A program made the translations under genes and the position numbers. The notes beneath the pieces are model-generated. The model had not been told where the DNA came from, did not search any database, and worked only from the letters and a program-made list of their open reading frames with translations. Shown one piece after another: positions 49,052-59,307 of a stretch of DNA of 64,000 nucleotides (position 1 is its first letter; each line of letters starts with the position of its first letter). The stretch is from the NCBI GenBank assembly GCA_963808235.1, contig CAWEEQ010000004.1, forward strand, positions 352,001 through 416,000. The letters are read 5' to 3'. Source of the stretch: an uncultured delta proteobacterium. GTDB lineage: Bacteria > Desulfobacterota > Binatia > Binatales > Binataceae.

Positions 49052-50302
49052 CTACTCAGTACCCGCGACAGGTTCAGGAAGCATCAGGAACCTATGCTGC
49101 TTTGGCGAATAGAATTCCACCGAAGCGCTGACGTTCGATTTCTCATCGATTCCGCCGGCGATCAACACTTGACCATCGGCGAGCAGGGTCGCGGTATTTT
49201 CGAGTCGCGCGATGGCGGTGCGTCCGGGGCTGAAAAACCGATTCGCTTCGGGTTGATAAAGGTCCGCATCGCGCATCCCGACCACGACGAAACCCTGCAT
49301 CTTCCATCCTCCCACTACCAGGACCTGCCCGTTGATGAGCATGGTCGCAGTCGGCAGGTAATGCGGGGCGCTCATGTCGCCGGTTCTGATGAAAGTGCCG
49401 GATTCAGGATCGTAAATTTCCGCGGTGTTAAGCGGCGTCAGTGAAGACAGGCTCGGATGCGCCCGCCCCATCAAGATTCTGCCGCTCTTGCCGCCAACGA
49501 TCAGCACGCGTCCATCGAGCAGCCGCACCGCAGCGCCGCCGACCCGGTCTAAATTCATGTGGGCGCGCATCGTTGCGAACTTTCCAGTGGCCGGATCAAA
49601 TAATTCAGCGGTGTCGTAGGAGATGTAACCGCCGGGCCTTCCGCCGCGGCCGCCGCCTGCGATCAACACTTTGCCGCTCAGCAGCGCCGTCGCGGTGTGC
49701 GCTATCCGAGGCTGATTTAAGTGCCCGACGCGTCGGAATGTGCCGGTGGCCGGATCGTAAATTTCAGCGGAGTCGAGCGTATGGGTTCCGTTGTCGCTGC
49801 CACCGACGACCAGCACGCGTCCGTCGCGAAGTAAGGTAGCGGTGTGACCTTCGCGCGGCACCGACATTGAGCCGGTGGCGGTGAAGGTGCCGGTGGAAGG
49901 ATTGTAAATCTCGGCGCTGGCGAGTTCCGAGCGAAAACCGATGTTGCGCGCGCCGCCGGTCAGTAGCACGCGTCCGTCTCGCAGCATGGTGATCGTGTGT
50001 CCCTGGCGCGGGACGGTCATGGGCCCGGTAGGCGTGAATTGATGCGAGACGGGATCGTACAGCTCTGCGCTCGAGAGGACGCCGCCGACCTTAGCCGTCG
50101 CGGTGCCTCCGCAGATCAGCACCCGTCCGTCAGCAAGCCGGATCGATGCGGCGTCGGCGCGCGGCGAAGTCATCGCGAGAGATTCGGCGCGCTGCGCTTC
50201 CGGATTCGCGTGGTAAACCGGGGCTTCGGCCACTGGAGCAGCCGAGCAGCCACATAGAGCGGCCGCGAGAATCAACAAAAAGACAATACCCCGGCGAAAC
50301 AT
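49052..50302 (-). CDS. Kelch-repeat lipoprotein
   Basis: LCGC lipobox; six repeats of R.GHTAT.L.DGRVL..GG...AEIYDP. Confidence 0.85.
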   Translation of the reverse strand: MFRRGIVFLLILAAALCGCSAAPVAEAPVYHANPEAQRAESLAMTSPRADAASIRLADGRVLICGGTATAKVGGVLSSAELYDPVSHQFTPTGPMTVPRQGHTITMLRDGRVLLTGGARNIGFRSELASAEIYNPSTGTFTATGSMSVPREGHTATLLRDGRVLVVGGSDNGTHTLDSAEIYDPATGTFRRVGHLNQPRIAHTATALLSGKVLIAGGGRGGRPGGYISYDTAELFDPATGKFATMRAHMNLDRVGGAAVRLLDGRVLIVGGKSGRILMGRAHPSLSSLTPLNTAEIYDPESGTFIRTGDMSAPHYLPTATMLINGQVLVVGGWKMQGFVVVGMRDADLYQPEANRFFSPGRTAIARLENTATLLADGQVLIAGGIDEKSNVSASVEFYSPKQHRFLMLPEPVAGTE

Positions 50303-50305
50303 AGA

Positions 50306-50890
50306 TCACTCTGCGGGGACGCGAACGCCGCGCAGTATCGCATTCATCGTTGCGCGAATGAACATCGCGCCGGGCCACACGCCGCGGCGTCGCGGCGCGA
50401 CTGGCGATTCGCCGCCCCGGGTAAGAGCGCGCACGAAACCAAGCAACTCGTCCACACCGACTCGGGATGCGACCTCCTCGAGCGCGCGGAAACGGACGAT
50501 TCGATTGCGATCGATCACGAACGCGGCCGGAAAAGAGATCCCGCCATTTTCCCGCGCGTTGAGCAGTCCATACGATTTCACGACCTCGCGTCGAGTGTCG
50601 CCGAGCAGCGGGAACTTAATTCCCAGCTCACTACGCAGAGGTTCGGCGCGCGCGGCGTCGTCGACCGAGATGGCGGCCATGCTGGCTCCGGCAGCGCGGA
50701 AGTCGTCGAGTCGTGCCGAGTAATCCGCCAACTGGCGGAGGCAGAACGGTCACCAATGCCCGCGATAAAAAACGATGACGCCGAGACCGGTCGAGACCAG
50801 CTCGGAGAGCCGGCGAACCGCGCCGGTCGAGTCGGCAAGCTCAAACTCGGGAGCGGATTCGCCAACCGCTGGAATATGGCGTTCATCCAT
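50306..50890 (-). CDS. Peroxiredoxin-like (AhpC/TSA) selenoprotein, UxxC motif (in-frame TGA at 50752-50750)
   Basis: APEFEL...VFYRGHW-TGA-PFCLRQLADY...AISVD...FPAAFVID; the two track ORFs are in the same frame. Confidence 0.88.
50724..50739 (-). promoter_or_regulatory. SECIS-like hairpin (peroxiredoxin gene)
   Basis: TCCGCCA-GT-TGGCGGA starting 10 nt after the TGA, GU at the apex. Confidence 0.7.
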
Positions 50891-51003
50891 GAGCATCACA
50901 ATAGCGTCCGCGCCCGCATTGCGAAAAGGCCATTTCGCTTGCACCGCAAGCGCCGGGCAGCCTAATCATTTCCGAACGCAAGACAATTCATCTGGAGGAA
51001 ACG

Positions 51004-51370
51004 ATGAAACCATTCGTCGTCAATCGCGGGATTCGTTGCACTGATAGCACTATGCGCGCCGGCTGCTCGCGCACAGGATCCGGCGAAGACTGATCCCGCG
51101 CACTTCAAGGTCGAGCTCGACAACGACCGCGTCCGCGTCCTTCATGTCACGGTTGCCCCGAACAGCAAAGTCGATCTGCACGACCTCGACGATGCGGTCG
51201 TAGTACCGCTCGCCGACTACGAATCGACCCTGAAGAAGGATGGCCAAGCCACCAAGGTGGAGCGCGTCACCGGGAAAGCGGCGTGGGTTCCCGCGGGTGG
51301 CCGCGAAATCGAGGTCGGCGCGAAGGGCGTCGATGCGCTATTGATCGAGATCAAGCACGCGCCGAAGTAG
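51004..51370 (+). CDS. Secreted cupin-like protein, frameshift near 51020 (absent from ORF track)
   Basis: GGAGGA RBS, ATG at 51004; shifted frame gives the signal IAGFVALIALCAPAARA then QDPAKTDPAHFKVELDNDRVRVLHV...IEIK to TAG at 51370. Confidence 0.75.
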
Positions 51371-52295
51371 CGGCACTGTCGAGGAATATCGCACCTTCGC
51401 CGACGATCACGCATCGTCCGCCGATGCGGATTCCGAATGCGCCGCCGTCTTTGCGCACAACCTCGACGTGAATTTCGCTCGGCCGTCCCATCTCGACGCC
51501 CTGGTTGATCAGGAACGAAGCCTCGGGCGCGGGGTTGATTAACCCATACGTGGCGGCGTACGCGCCGAACGGAGCTGCAGCGCTTCCGGTGGCGGGGTCT
51601 TCGGCGATGCCGTCGTGCGGCGCGAACATCCGCGAGCGAACCGAGAACTCGCCCGACTGGTTCGCGACAAACATGTATATGAGAGGCGCCCACGCGCCCG
51701 GCTCGAACAGAGCCGCGATTGGAGCCGCGCTGGGAGTGCATTTCGCGAGCGCGTCCAAATTGCGCAGCGGGACAAAAACGAACGGAAAACCCGTCGAGAC
51801 AATTTGGATCGGAAGATCGTCGCGAATGTCCGCGGCAGTGATTCCCAGCGCCTTCGCGATGCGCCCACGATCGCGCCGCTTCGCGCCGAACTCCGCCTCG
51901 CGATGCGCCATCCACACGAACTCCGGCTTCGCGTCGGCGCCTTCGATCGACATCGTTACAGGTCCGATTCCGAGCTCCAGAGTCGCCTCGGCCACGACGC
52001 GCTCCGACCTGAGCGGTATCTGTCCGTGACTCGCGAGCACCCAGGTGGTGCCGACTGTCGGATGCCCGGCCATCGGAACTTCGCGGGCGGGCGTGAAAAT
52101 CCTCACCCGGCGCACGACGCCCGGCACCTCGGACGCGGTCACGAATGTCGACTCGCTGAAATTCATCTCATGCGCGAGCGATTGCATCTCGGCGTCGCTG
52201 AGTCCGGCCGCGTCGCTGAAGACCGCGAGCTGGTTGCCGCCGAACGGCCGCGAGGTGAAGACATCGACGAGTGTGAATTTTGCCTGGCGTTGCAT
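51351..52295 (-). CDS. PhzF-family isomerase
   Basis: VDVFT..FGGNQLAV, EMNFSESTFV, AGHPTVG, EDPATGSA. Confidence 0.92.
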   Translation of the reverse strand: MQRQAKFTLVDVFTSRPFGGNQLAVFSDAAGLSDAEMQSLAHEMNFSESTFVTASEVPGVVRRVRIFTPAREVPMAGHPTVGTTWVLASHGQIPLRSERVVAEATLELGIGPVTMSIEGADAKPEFVWMAHREAEFGAKRRDRGRIAKALGITAADIRDDLPIQIVSTGFPFVFVPLRNLDALAKCTPSAAPIAALFEPGAWAPLIYMFVANQSGEFSVRSRMFAPHDGIAEDPATGSAAAPFGAYAATYGLINPAPEASFLINQGVEMGRPSEIHVEVVRKDGGAFGIRIGGRCVIVGEGAIFLDSAATSARA

Positions 52296-52402
52296 CGCGC
52301 AAATTTATCTTCGCTCGACAGTCGAGCCAAGCCATTAGCGCGACAAATGAAAGCGGCGATCCGGAATCCGGACCGCCGCTCGATGCGTCAAGAAGTGTCC
52401 GC

Positions 52403-53638
52403 CTACTTGCCGACGATAAACACGCAGCTCGTGGTGCCGCTGCCGCCGATGTTCAGCATCGCAAACTTTTTCGCGTCGTCGACCTGGTAGTCGCCGGCGC
52501 TATTGGTTACCTGGCGATGGCAATCGAGCATCTGGCGCACTCCGGTCGCGCCGACCGGATGTCCGGCGCCGATCAGCCCGCCGCTCGGATTGATCGGCAG
52601 CTTGCCGCCGAGCTCGATTACGCCTTCCTCGACCGCCTTCCACGATTCGCCGGGCTTGGTGATTCCGAAGTGATCGATCGCCATGTATTCCGAAGTCGTG
52701 AAGCAGTCGTGCGTCTCGATTCCGGATAGCTCGGACGCCGACCCGATCTCGGCGCGCTTGAACGCGTCGACAATCGCCTGGCGCGTATGCGGGAGTACGT
52801 AAGTATTGTCCTTGCTCTCGGCAACCTTGGTCGCGAACTCGAGCGGCGCCGTATGATGCCCCCATCCGAGGATTCGTGGAATGTCGGCGAGCTTCTTGCC
52901 GTTGCGCTTGGCCCATGCGCTCGCAAATTTTTCCGAGGCGAGAAAGATCGCGACCGAGCCGTCGGTTACCTGCGAGCAATCGCTGACCTTGATCCGTCCG
53001 CCGATTATTCCATTGAACTTGCTCTCGCGCAGCGCGTGGCTCTCGCTCATGAACCAGTTGCGGGTCTGCGCGTTCGGATTGCGTTTCGCGTTCGAGTAGT
53101 TCACCGCCGAGATATGCGCGAGATGCTCATCCTTCAAGCCGTAGCGCTTGTCGTACTCGTCGCCGAGCCGGCCGAAAAGTTTCGGGAAGGGGAACTCGAT
53201 TCCCTTGGCCTCGCGCTCGTACCATGCCGCGGTGCCCAGATAATCGCCGCCGGTCGTTGAGTCCACGGTCTTCATCTGCTCGACGCCGACCACGCATGCG
53301 AGGTCGTAGCGAGCGGCTTCGATTTCCGCCGACGCCGCAATCAGCGCGATCGAGCCCGAGGCGCATGCGGCCTCATGCCGGCTGGTCGGAAGTCCCGAGA
53401 ACTCGGGATCGATCTCGATGAAGAACGCGCCGATATGGCCTTGCTTCGCGTAGAGCTCGGCGGCGAAGTTGCCGACGTGCGCGGTTTCGACTTCCTTCGG
53501 CTCGATACGCGTCGCTTCGAGCGCGCCCAGGGTCGCCTCGCGCATCATCGCGACGAAATGTTTGCCTTCTTTGGACCAGTTGCGGGCAAAGTCGGTCTGC
53601 GCTCCGCCCAGAATGTACACCGGCGCTGGCTTAGTCAT
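52403..53638 (-). CDS. Thiolase (SCP2-type)
   Basis: EAACASG, HDCF, GHPVGATG. Confidence 0.92.
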   Translation of the reverse strand: MTKPAPVYILGGAQTDFARNWSKEGKHFVAMMREATLGALEATRIEPKEVETAHVGNFAAELYAKQGHIGAFFIEIDPEFSGLPTSRHEAACASGSIALIAASAEIEAARYDLACVVGVEQMKTVDSTTGGDYLGTAAWYEREAKGIEFPFPKLFGRLGDEYDKRYGLKDEHLAHISAVNYSNAKRNPNAQTRNWFMSESHALRESKFNGIIGGRIKVSDCSQVTDGSVAIFLASEKFASAWAKRNGKKLADIPRILGWGHHTAPLEFATKVAESKDNTYVLPHTRQAIVDAFKRAEIGSASELSGIETHDCFTTSEYMAIDHFGITKPGESWKAVEEGVIELGGKLPINPSGGLIGAGHPVGATGVRQMLDCHRQVTNSAGDYQVDDAKKFAMLNIGGSGTTSCVFIVGK

Positions 53639-53707
53639 CGTGCGTTCCTCATGTCGATCATAACCATTGATTTCATTTGATCAGAATATATTTTGCGATT
53701 CCAGCGC

Positions 53708-54995
53708 CTATCCTACAAAAGTTCGGCCGTATTTCAGTACGCCGCCCGAAAACATTTTAGCATTGCCCGACGCGGCTTGCTCGACGGTCGCGGGGACCGG
53801 CAATTTGAGTTTTTCCAGCATCGCCACCGTGTTTTTCGCGCCGAGCAGATCGACAATCGCGGTCGGCGGCGCCCAGTTGAAGCCATACGACATGATACTA
53901 GTCAACGTCGGCCGCACTCGCGGCGACCTCGCCGACCCGATTCAGCCCGTAGCTTACGTAACCGAGCACGACGCGCCGGCACAACTCTGCCTCGGCGCCC
54001 TTGGCATCGGCGAGAACTTTCAGAGCGTCGGCGTAACGGCCCACGTGATGCAGAAATTTCATTTTTTCGACAAACTCGATCGGCGCGGGTTTCTGGAACG
54101 CCTGGTGGCGTCCGGTCTTTGGATCGAGGACGGAAACCTCCGCGCCGTTGCGCAGGTAGAAACCGCCGCGCTCCGGAGTCTTGTCTCCGAGGCATCCATC
54201 TCTGAGCGCCTTCTCCATAAACGACGGCATTTTGAAGCAGTCGTGCGCCTCGTCTTCGCAGTTCGCATAGACATTGTCGACGATCGCCTTGTGCACGTCC
54301 CATCCGACCAGGTCGACGGTCTGCAGCGGCGGCATCGCGCGACCGGTATGAGGTCCGATCAGGTAGTCGATAAACGCGACTCCATGCTCGGCCGCGAGCT
54401 GCGCGGTTTCGTTAAGGACCTTGAAGCCGACTCGATTGCCGACGAACGCCGGCATGTCTTTAGTCACGATCACCTTGCGCCCGAGCCGCTTCGTGAGCAT
54501 CGTGACGACGCGGTCAAGCACGGCAGGATCGGTGTCAGGCCCCGGAATAACTTCGGTGCCGACGATCACATGAGGCGGATTGAAAAGATGGATGCCGAGA
54601 AAGTTGCGCCGGAACGATTCGCTTCGTCCGCGCGCCATCTCCGCGATCGAAAGGCCCGACGAGCCGGTCGCGACGATCGAATCGGGGCGCCGGCTCTTGT
54701 CAACCATCTCGAAGAACTGTTTCTTGAGCGGCAGATCTTCCGCCAGCGCCTCGAAGGTAAGCGCCGCCTCGCCGACCGTCCTGGCGAGATCGCCGTCGTA
54801 GCTGCCGAGCGCGATTCGCTCTCCGATTGCCTCCGCGCGCGCGTCGTTCTGCACGTCGACGAGGCCCGCCGCCGCCTTGTCGCGCGATCGTGCCAGCATC
54901 GTGACGCGATATCCCGCGCCGGCGAGAACGCATCCCGCACCTGAGCCCATCGTGCCATTGGCGCCGATAATTACGACCTTGTTATTCTCGCCCAA
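53708..54995 (-). CDS. 3-hydroxyacyl-CoA dehydrogenase family protein, frameshift at ~53900
   Basis: GANGTMG, GIHLFNPP, FVGNRVG; one extra T breaks ADVD|SIMSYGFNW. Confidence 0.85.
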
Positions 54996-55280
54996 CTAGT
55001 TCTCCGGTCTCCTTCAGAATTACGATTCAGTCAGCGGCTTCCGACGCGCGATTTTTAACCCGCGATTTATCCAGATGAAGCGCGGGCCATCAAGCAAAGA
55101 ATCTAATCATCAAGGCTGCTTTCGGCCACGCGACTGGCGGGCCGCAGGCCGCGGGAAATGTTAGCCGAGAGCCTTAAGGTATGCCACCGCCGCGAAGTAT
55201 CTTCCGCGCTAACACATTTGCTTATTCTGGCGCCTGCGAATCAGCTAGCGTTGAGCCCTACCGTGCGAGCGAGCTGACTT

Positions 55281-56186
55281 ATGAAACGTGATGTGAATCG
55301 CCGTTACTATGCGGGTCCTGCCGATCTGCGCGCGATGCAGGCGTTGGCGCAGTCGATTTGGAGCAAGCGGAGCCGCTTTCATGTGGGTGATCTGGCGTGG
55401 GGCCGCTTTCAGCATCAAGGACGCGAACCTGAATGGCCGACGACGCTCTGGGAAACCGACGGCTCGGTGCTCGCTTGGGGATGGGTGCAATTGCCGGACG
55501 CTCTCGATTTCATGGTCCATCCAACGCGTTCACAGCTTGCCGATGAGGTCCTGGATTGGTTTGGTAGAGTCGCCACTGGTGACCAGTTGAGTGTTACGGT
55601 GCTCGACGTGGAGACTCATCTGATCGACGCGCTGATTCGAAACGGTTATGCGGAGTCAGCCGGCGCTCCTTTTGATCTGTATATGGAACGCAACCTCGAC
55701 GGACTTCCGGAACCGCAGCTACCGGCAGGATTTACCGCTCGTCACGTTCGCGGAGATGCAGATCTGGCCCGCCGTGCCGAGGTTCACCGCGCGGCATGGA
55801 GCGCGACGCTGGTGCCTTCGCCGCGCCCGTCGCGAGTGACCGCAGCGAGCTATCGCAACGTGATGGTCGCATGGCCGTACGCGCCGGAACTGGACTGGAT
55901 AGTCGAAGCGCCAGGCGGCCAGTTCGCGGCCTGCTGTATAGCGTGGCTCGACGAAGCTAATCGCGTAGGCGAACTGGAACCGGTCGGCACTCATCCTGAG
56001 TATCGGCGTCTCGGCCTTGCCCGTGCCATCTGTCTATACGGGCTGCATGCACTCAGACGGCACGGCGCGAAAAACGCAGTCGTCTATCCGCGCGGTGACG
56101 ACGCTTATCCCGTTCCGGCGAAGGTATATGGGAGCCTGGGTTTTCGGCCGTACGCTCGAACGCTCAACTACAGTCGCTCACGCTAA
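55281..56186 (+). CDS. GNAT-family acetyltransferase
   Basis: EPVGTHPEYRRLGLA, YGSLGF. Confidence 0.88.
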   Translation: MKRDVNRRYYAGPADLRAMQALAQSIWSKRSRFHVGDLAWGRFQHQGREPEWPTTLWETDGSVLAWGWVQLPDALDFMVHPTRSQLADEVLDWFGRVATGDQLSVTVLDVETHLIDALIRNGYAESAGAPFDLYMERNLDGLPEPQLPAGFTARHVRGDADLARRAEVHRAAWSATLVPSPRPSRVTAASYRNVMVAWPYAPELDWIVEAPGGQFAACCIAWLDEANRVGELEPVGTHPEYRRLGLARAICLYGLHALRRHGAKNAVVYPRGDDAYPVPAKVYGSLGFRPYARTLNYSRSR

Positions 56187-56515
56187 CGCGCAAAAGCTGC
56201 GGCGAGGAATTCCTTGACGCCGGCGCGTCCGGTCATGCTGAGCCATACCGGGCCTGATCCCGGCGCGAGGTCGATTCTGAACTCGAAGAAGGGGCAACAC
56301 TTGCGCTCGAAGGAGATCCATTCGGCCAGTTGCGACAGCGCAATTCGACCAGTGTCGATTTGCGCCGCGAGGCCATTGGGCAGATCGCGCTTGCCGACGA
56401 TCGCGGCTCCTACCATGCGGCGAAGTTCGTTGTAGCGCGGGCGATCGTTCGCAGAGATCGCGGTAAGGTCGCAGGCCAGCGCCGATTCGGAAGTGCAGCA
56501 TTCATCGCTCGTCAT
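56183..56515 (-). CDS. Small Cys-rich hypothetical protein
   Basis: ECC...LACDL...ERKCCPFFEF; follows zwf by 9 nt. Confidence 0.7.
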   Translation of the reverse strand: MTSDECCTSESALACDLTAISANDRPRYNELRRMVGAAIVGKRDLPNGLAAQIDTGRIALSQLAEWISFERKCCPFFEFRIDLAPGSGPVWLSMTGRAGVKEFLAAAFAR

Positions 56516-56524
56516 GAAAAATCC

Positions 56525-58048
56525 TCAAGGTTCATGCCATACTCGTCCCGCCGAACGAATCAACTGCTCGGCCGCCGGAGGACCCCAGCTTCCCGCGGGA
56601 TACTCGTCGAGCGGCACTCGCGCGCCATCGCTCCACGAATCCAGAATGCTCTGTACGAACTCCCACGACTTCTCGACGAACGGTGCGCTGATGAACAGCG
56701 TATGGTCGCCGTCAATCACGTCGAGCAGCAGCCGCTCGTAGCCATCGGGTGAGACGCCTCCGCCGAACGCGGCGTCATAGCTTAGATTCATCCGCACCGG
56801 CTGCAGCACCAGGTCCAGCCCCGGCCGCTTGGTCATCACGTCGAATGAAAATCCCTCGTCGGGCTGAATTCGAATCATAAGCGCGTTGGCGGGAACGGAC
56901 TGATTGCGGTTGAACAGGATCTGCGGCACGTCCTTGAACTGGACGTAAATCGCGCTCGCTCGCCGCGGCATCCGCTTGCCGGTGCGGATATAAAACGGCA
57001 CCCCCGACCATCGCCAGTTGTCGATGTAAGTCTTCAGCGCGACGAAAGTCTCGGTCCGCGAGTTGTCGGCGATACCCTGCTCGTCCATATAGCCGACGAC
57101 TTGCTTGCCGTCCGAGTCGGTTCCCGCCGCATACCTGGCGCGCACCGTATTCGCCCGCGCCTGGTCGGGCGTGATTGGCCGCAGCGCGCGCAGCACGTTG
57201 AGCTTGGATTCCCTGATTGCAGCCGCGTCGAGCGACACCGGCGGTTCCATCGCGAGCAGCGCGAGCACCTGCAGAACGTGATTCTGCACGATGTCGCGCA
57301 GCGCGCCGGCATGGTCGTAGAACAGCGCGCGCGTGCCGAGCCCTTCGGCCTCCGCCACCGTGATCTGCACGTGATCGACATTGCGGCTGCCCCACAGGCG
57401 CTCGAAGATGTTGTTCGAGAAGCGCAGCACCAGCAAATTCTGCACGGTCTCTTTGCCGAGATAATGGTCAATTCGAAAAATCTGCGATTCGGCCAGATAC
57501 TTGACCAGCTCGCGATTGATCTCGAGCGCGCTCGCCAGATCGTGGCCGATGGGCTTCTCGACGACGACCCGGGTGAAGTTCGCTGCGTCGGGCCGCGCGA
57601 TCAATCCCGCTTCGTGAAGGCGCTTGACGGAGTCGGTGATAGCTTCGGGCGGTATCGCGAGGTAGTAAACCCGATTGGGCGGAATGCCGCGCGCTTTTTC
57701 GATCGCTTCGAGTTTCGTCTTGAGCTTCTTGAATCCGTCGGGGTGATCGAGTCCCGACAAATAGTCGAGGCCTTCTGCAAACTTCGACCAGCACGCCTCC
57801 TCGACCTTCAAGCGCGAGTACTTCGCGGTCCAGTCGTGCGCACTCTTGCGGAACTCGTCGAGCGACATTTCGCGCCGCGCGAATCCCAGCACCGCGCTCT
57901 TCGCGGGCATCATGCCCTGTCCGCATGCGTTCAGGTTGTACAGCGCCGGGATCAGCTTGCGCTTGGCCAAGTCGCCGGACGCGCCGAATATCACGACGGT
58001 GCAAGGTGGGGCGGTTTGTGTATGCTGGATGGTGATCAGATTGTCCAT
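56525..58048 (-). CDS. zwf: Glucose-6-phosphate 1-dehydrogenase
   Basis: GASGDLAKRKL, EKPIG, RIDHYLGKE, RWSGVPFYIRTGK. Confidence 0.97.
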   Translation of the reverse strand: MDNLITIQHTQTAPPCTVVIFGASGDLAKRKLIPALYNLNACGQGMMPAKSAVLGFARREMSLDEFRKSAHDWTAKYSRLKVEEACWSKFAEGLDYLSGLDHPDGFKKLKTKLEAIEKARGIPPNRVYYLAIPPEAITDSVKRLHEAGLIARPDAANFTRVVVEKPIGHDLASALEINRELVKYLAESQIFRIDHYLGKETVQNLLVLRFSNNIFERLWGSRNVDHVQITVAEAEGLGTRALFYDHAGALRDIVQNHVLQVLALLAMEPPVSLDAAAIRESKLNVLRALRPITPDQARANTVRARYAAGTDSDGKQVVGYMDEQGIADNSRTETFVALKTYIDNWRWSGVPFYIRTGKRMPRRASAIYVQFKDVPQILFNRNQSVPANALMIRIQPDEGFSFDVMTKRPGLDLVLQPVRMNLSYDAAFGGGVSPDGYERLLLDVIDGDHTLFISAPFVEKSWEFVQSILDSWSDGARVPLDEYPAGSWGPPAAEQLIRSAGRVWHEP

Positions 58049-58186
58049 GACGCGGCCTTCCTGTGGCTTGGCGGCTGCGAGCGATGCCGCTGGAATAGCG
58101 ATGCAATCATTGATAAGTGTGACACGTTCCCATCGCCATGAAAAAGCTCGTCTTGTCTCGATGATAAAAGCATTGGCCCGCGCATC

Positions 58187-58642
58187 ATGACGGCCGCAGT
58201 TCCTCGAATTCCGGCCGACGGCGACAGCGCTTCTCAGCAGGTGACGCTTCGCCAATGGATCCCCGTAATCGCATGGGGCGTGCTGATATTCTGTCTTTCG
58301 ACCTCCGCGTTTTCAGCCTCGAATACCGGGAAAATTATCGATCCCTTGCTTCGATGGTTGATTCCGGGAATTACCGCAGCGGCGATTGACGTCGGCCACA
58401 TGCTGATCCGCAAGAGCGCGCATTTTACCGAATACGGCGTGCTCTTCTGGCTGCTAATCCGCGGTCCGATGGCCGAGCGGCCATACATGGCGTTGATGCT
58501 ATGCGTTGCGTACGCGCTCACCGACGAGGGCCACCAGGTCTTTGTGCCCGGGCGCAGTGCTTCGCTATACGACGTCGCACTCGACTCGAGTGGCGCACTT
58601 TTCAGCCACTTCCTGATCTCGGCAATCACCGAAATCGTCTAA
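58187..58642 (+). CDS. VanZ-family membrane protein
   Basis: RKSAHFTEY, DEGHQVFVPGR...DVALD. Confidence 0.9.
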   Translation: MTAAVPRIPADGDSASQQVTLRQWIPVIAWGVLIFCLSTSAFSASNTGKIIDPLLRWLIPGITAAAIDVGHMLIRKSAHFTEYGVLFWLLIRGPMAERPYMALMLCVAYALTDEGHQVFVPGRSASLYDVALDSSGALFSHFLISAITEIV

Positions 58643-59307
58643 GTCGGTTCCTCAATCGTCGAAGTGATCCGATCGACTCGATCGAAAAACGCGCGCAGAT
58701 TTTTCATCTCCGCGGGAATTTTCTGCTCGCCGGTGAATGCAAAGTAGAACAGCTGACCATAGAGCGCGAAATCCGCGAGCCCGATCCTGCCGGTCAGAAA
58801 CGGAAGATTCGCGAGCTGCTCCTCGAACGGCGCGAGCGCAGTCCGCGCGCGTTCCCAGTTGGCAGCGTGGTTGGCAATCGTGCGCTCGACGAAGCCCGCA
58901 CCGTACTTGCGCTCGCGGATAAGACGCCATAGCGCGGAGCGATCCGCACCTTGTTTTGCGTAGTGCGCGAGTTCGTCAGCGAGTGCAACTGCGTACACGG
59001 CGTCCTCGAGCTGGTTGTCTATATAGTCGGCCAGCGCGATGTGAACCCCGCGCCATCCAGCCGGAAATATAGTCGGCTCGGGAAAAAGTTCCTCGAGACG
59101 CATCGCGATCCGCGCCGAATCGACGATCGTCTCGCCGCTCTCGAGCGTAAGCGCCGGCACCATCATCTGCCCGGAGGCGAGCACCAGTTCCCTGCGCTCG
59201 AGGTAGTCGAGCTCCACGACTTCGAACTCGACGCCCTTGAACGCGAGCAGCTTGCGCACCTTCGCGCAGAACGGACTGCCGATAAACTGGTAGAGCTTCG
59301 CTGGCAT
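58639..59307 (-). CDS. Glutathione S-transferase family protein
   Basis: SPFCAKVR, VPAL, DSARI, LADFALYG. Confidence 0.88.
   Translation of the reverse strand: MPAKLYQFIGSPFCAKVRKLLAFKGVEFEVVELDYLERRELVLASGQMMVPALTLESGETIVDSARIAMRLEELFPEPTIFPAGWRGVHIALADYIDNQLEDAVYAVALADELAHYAKQGADRSALWRLIRERKYGAGFVERTIANHAANWERARTALAPFEEQLANLPFLTGRIGLADFALYGQLFYFAFTGEQKIPAEMKNLRAFFDRVDRITSTIEEPT

Noticed and set aside
53898-53900. TAG readthrough (pyrrolysine) in the hydroxyacyl-CoA dehydrogenase
   Set aside because: The continuation is in a different frame, so it is an indel
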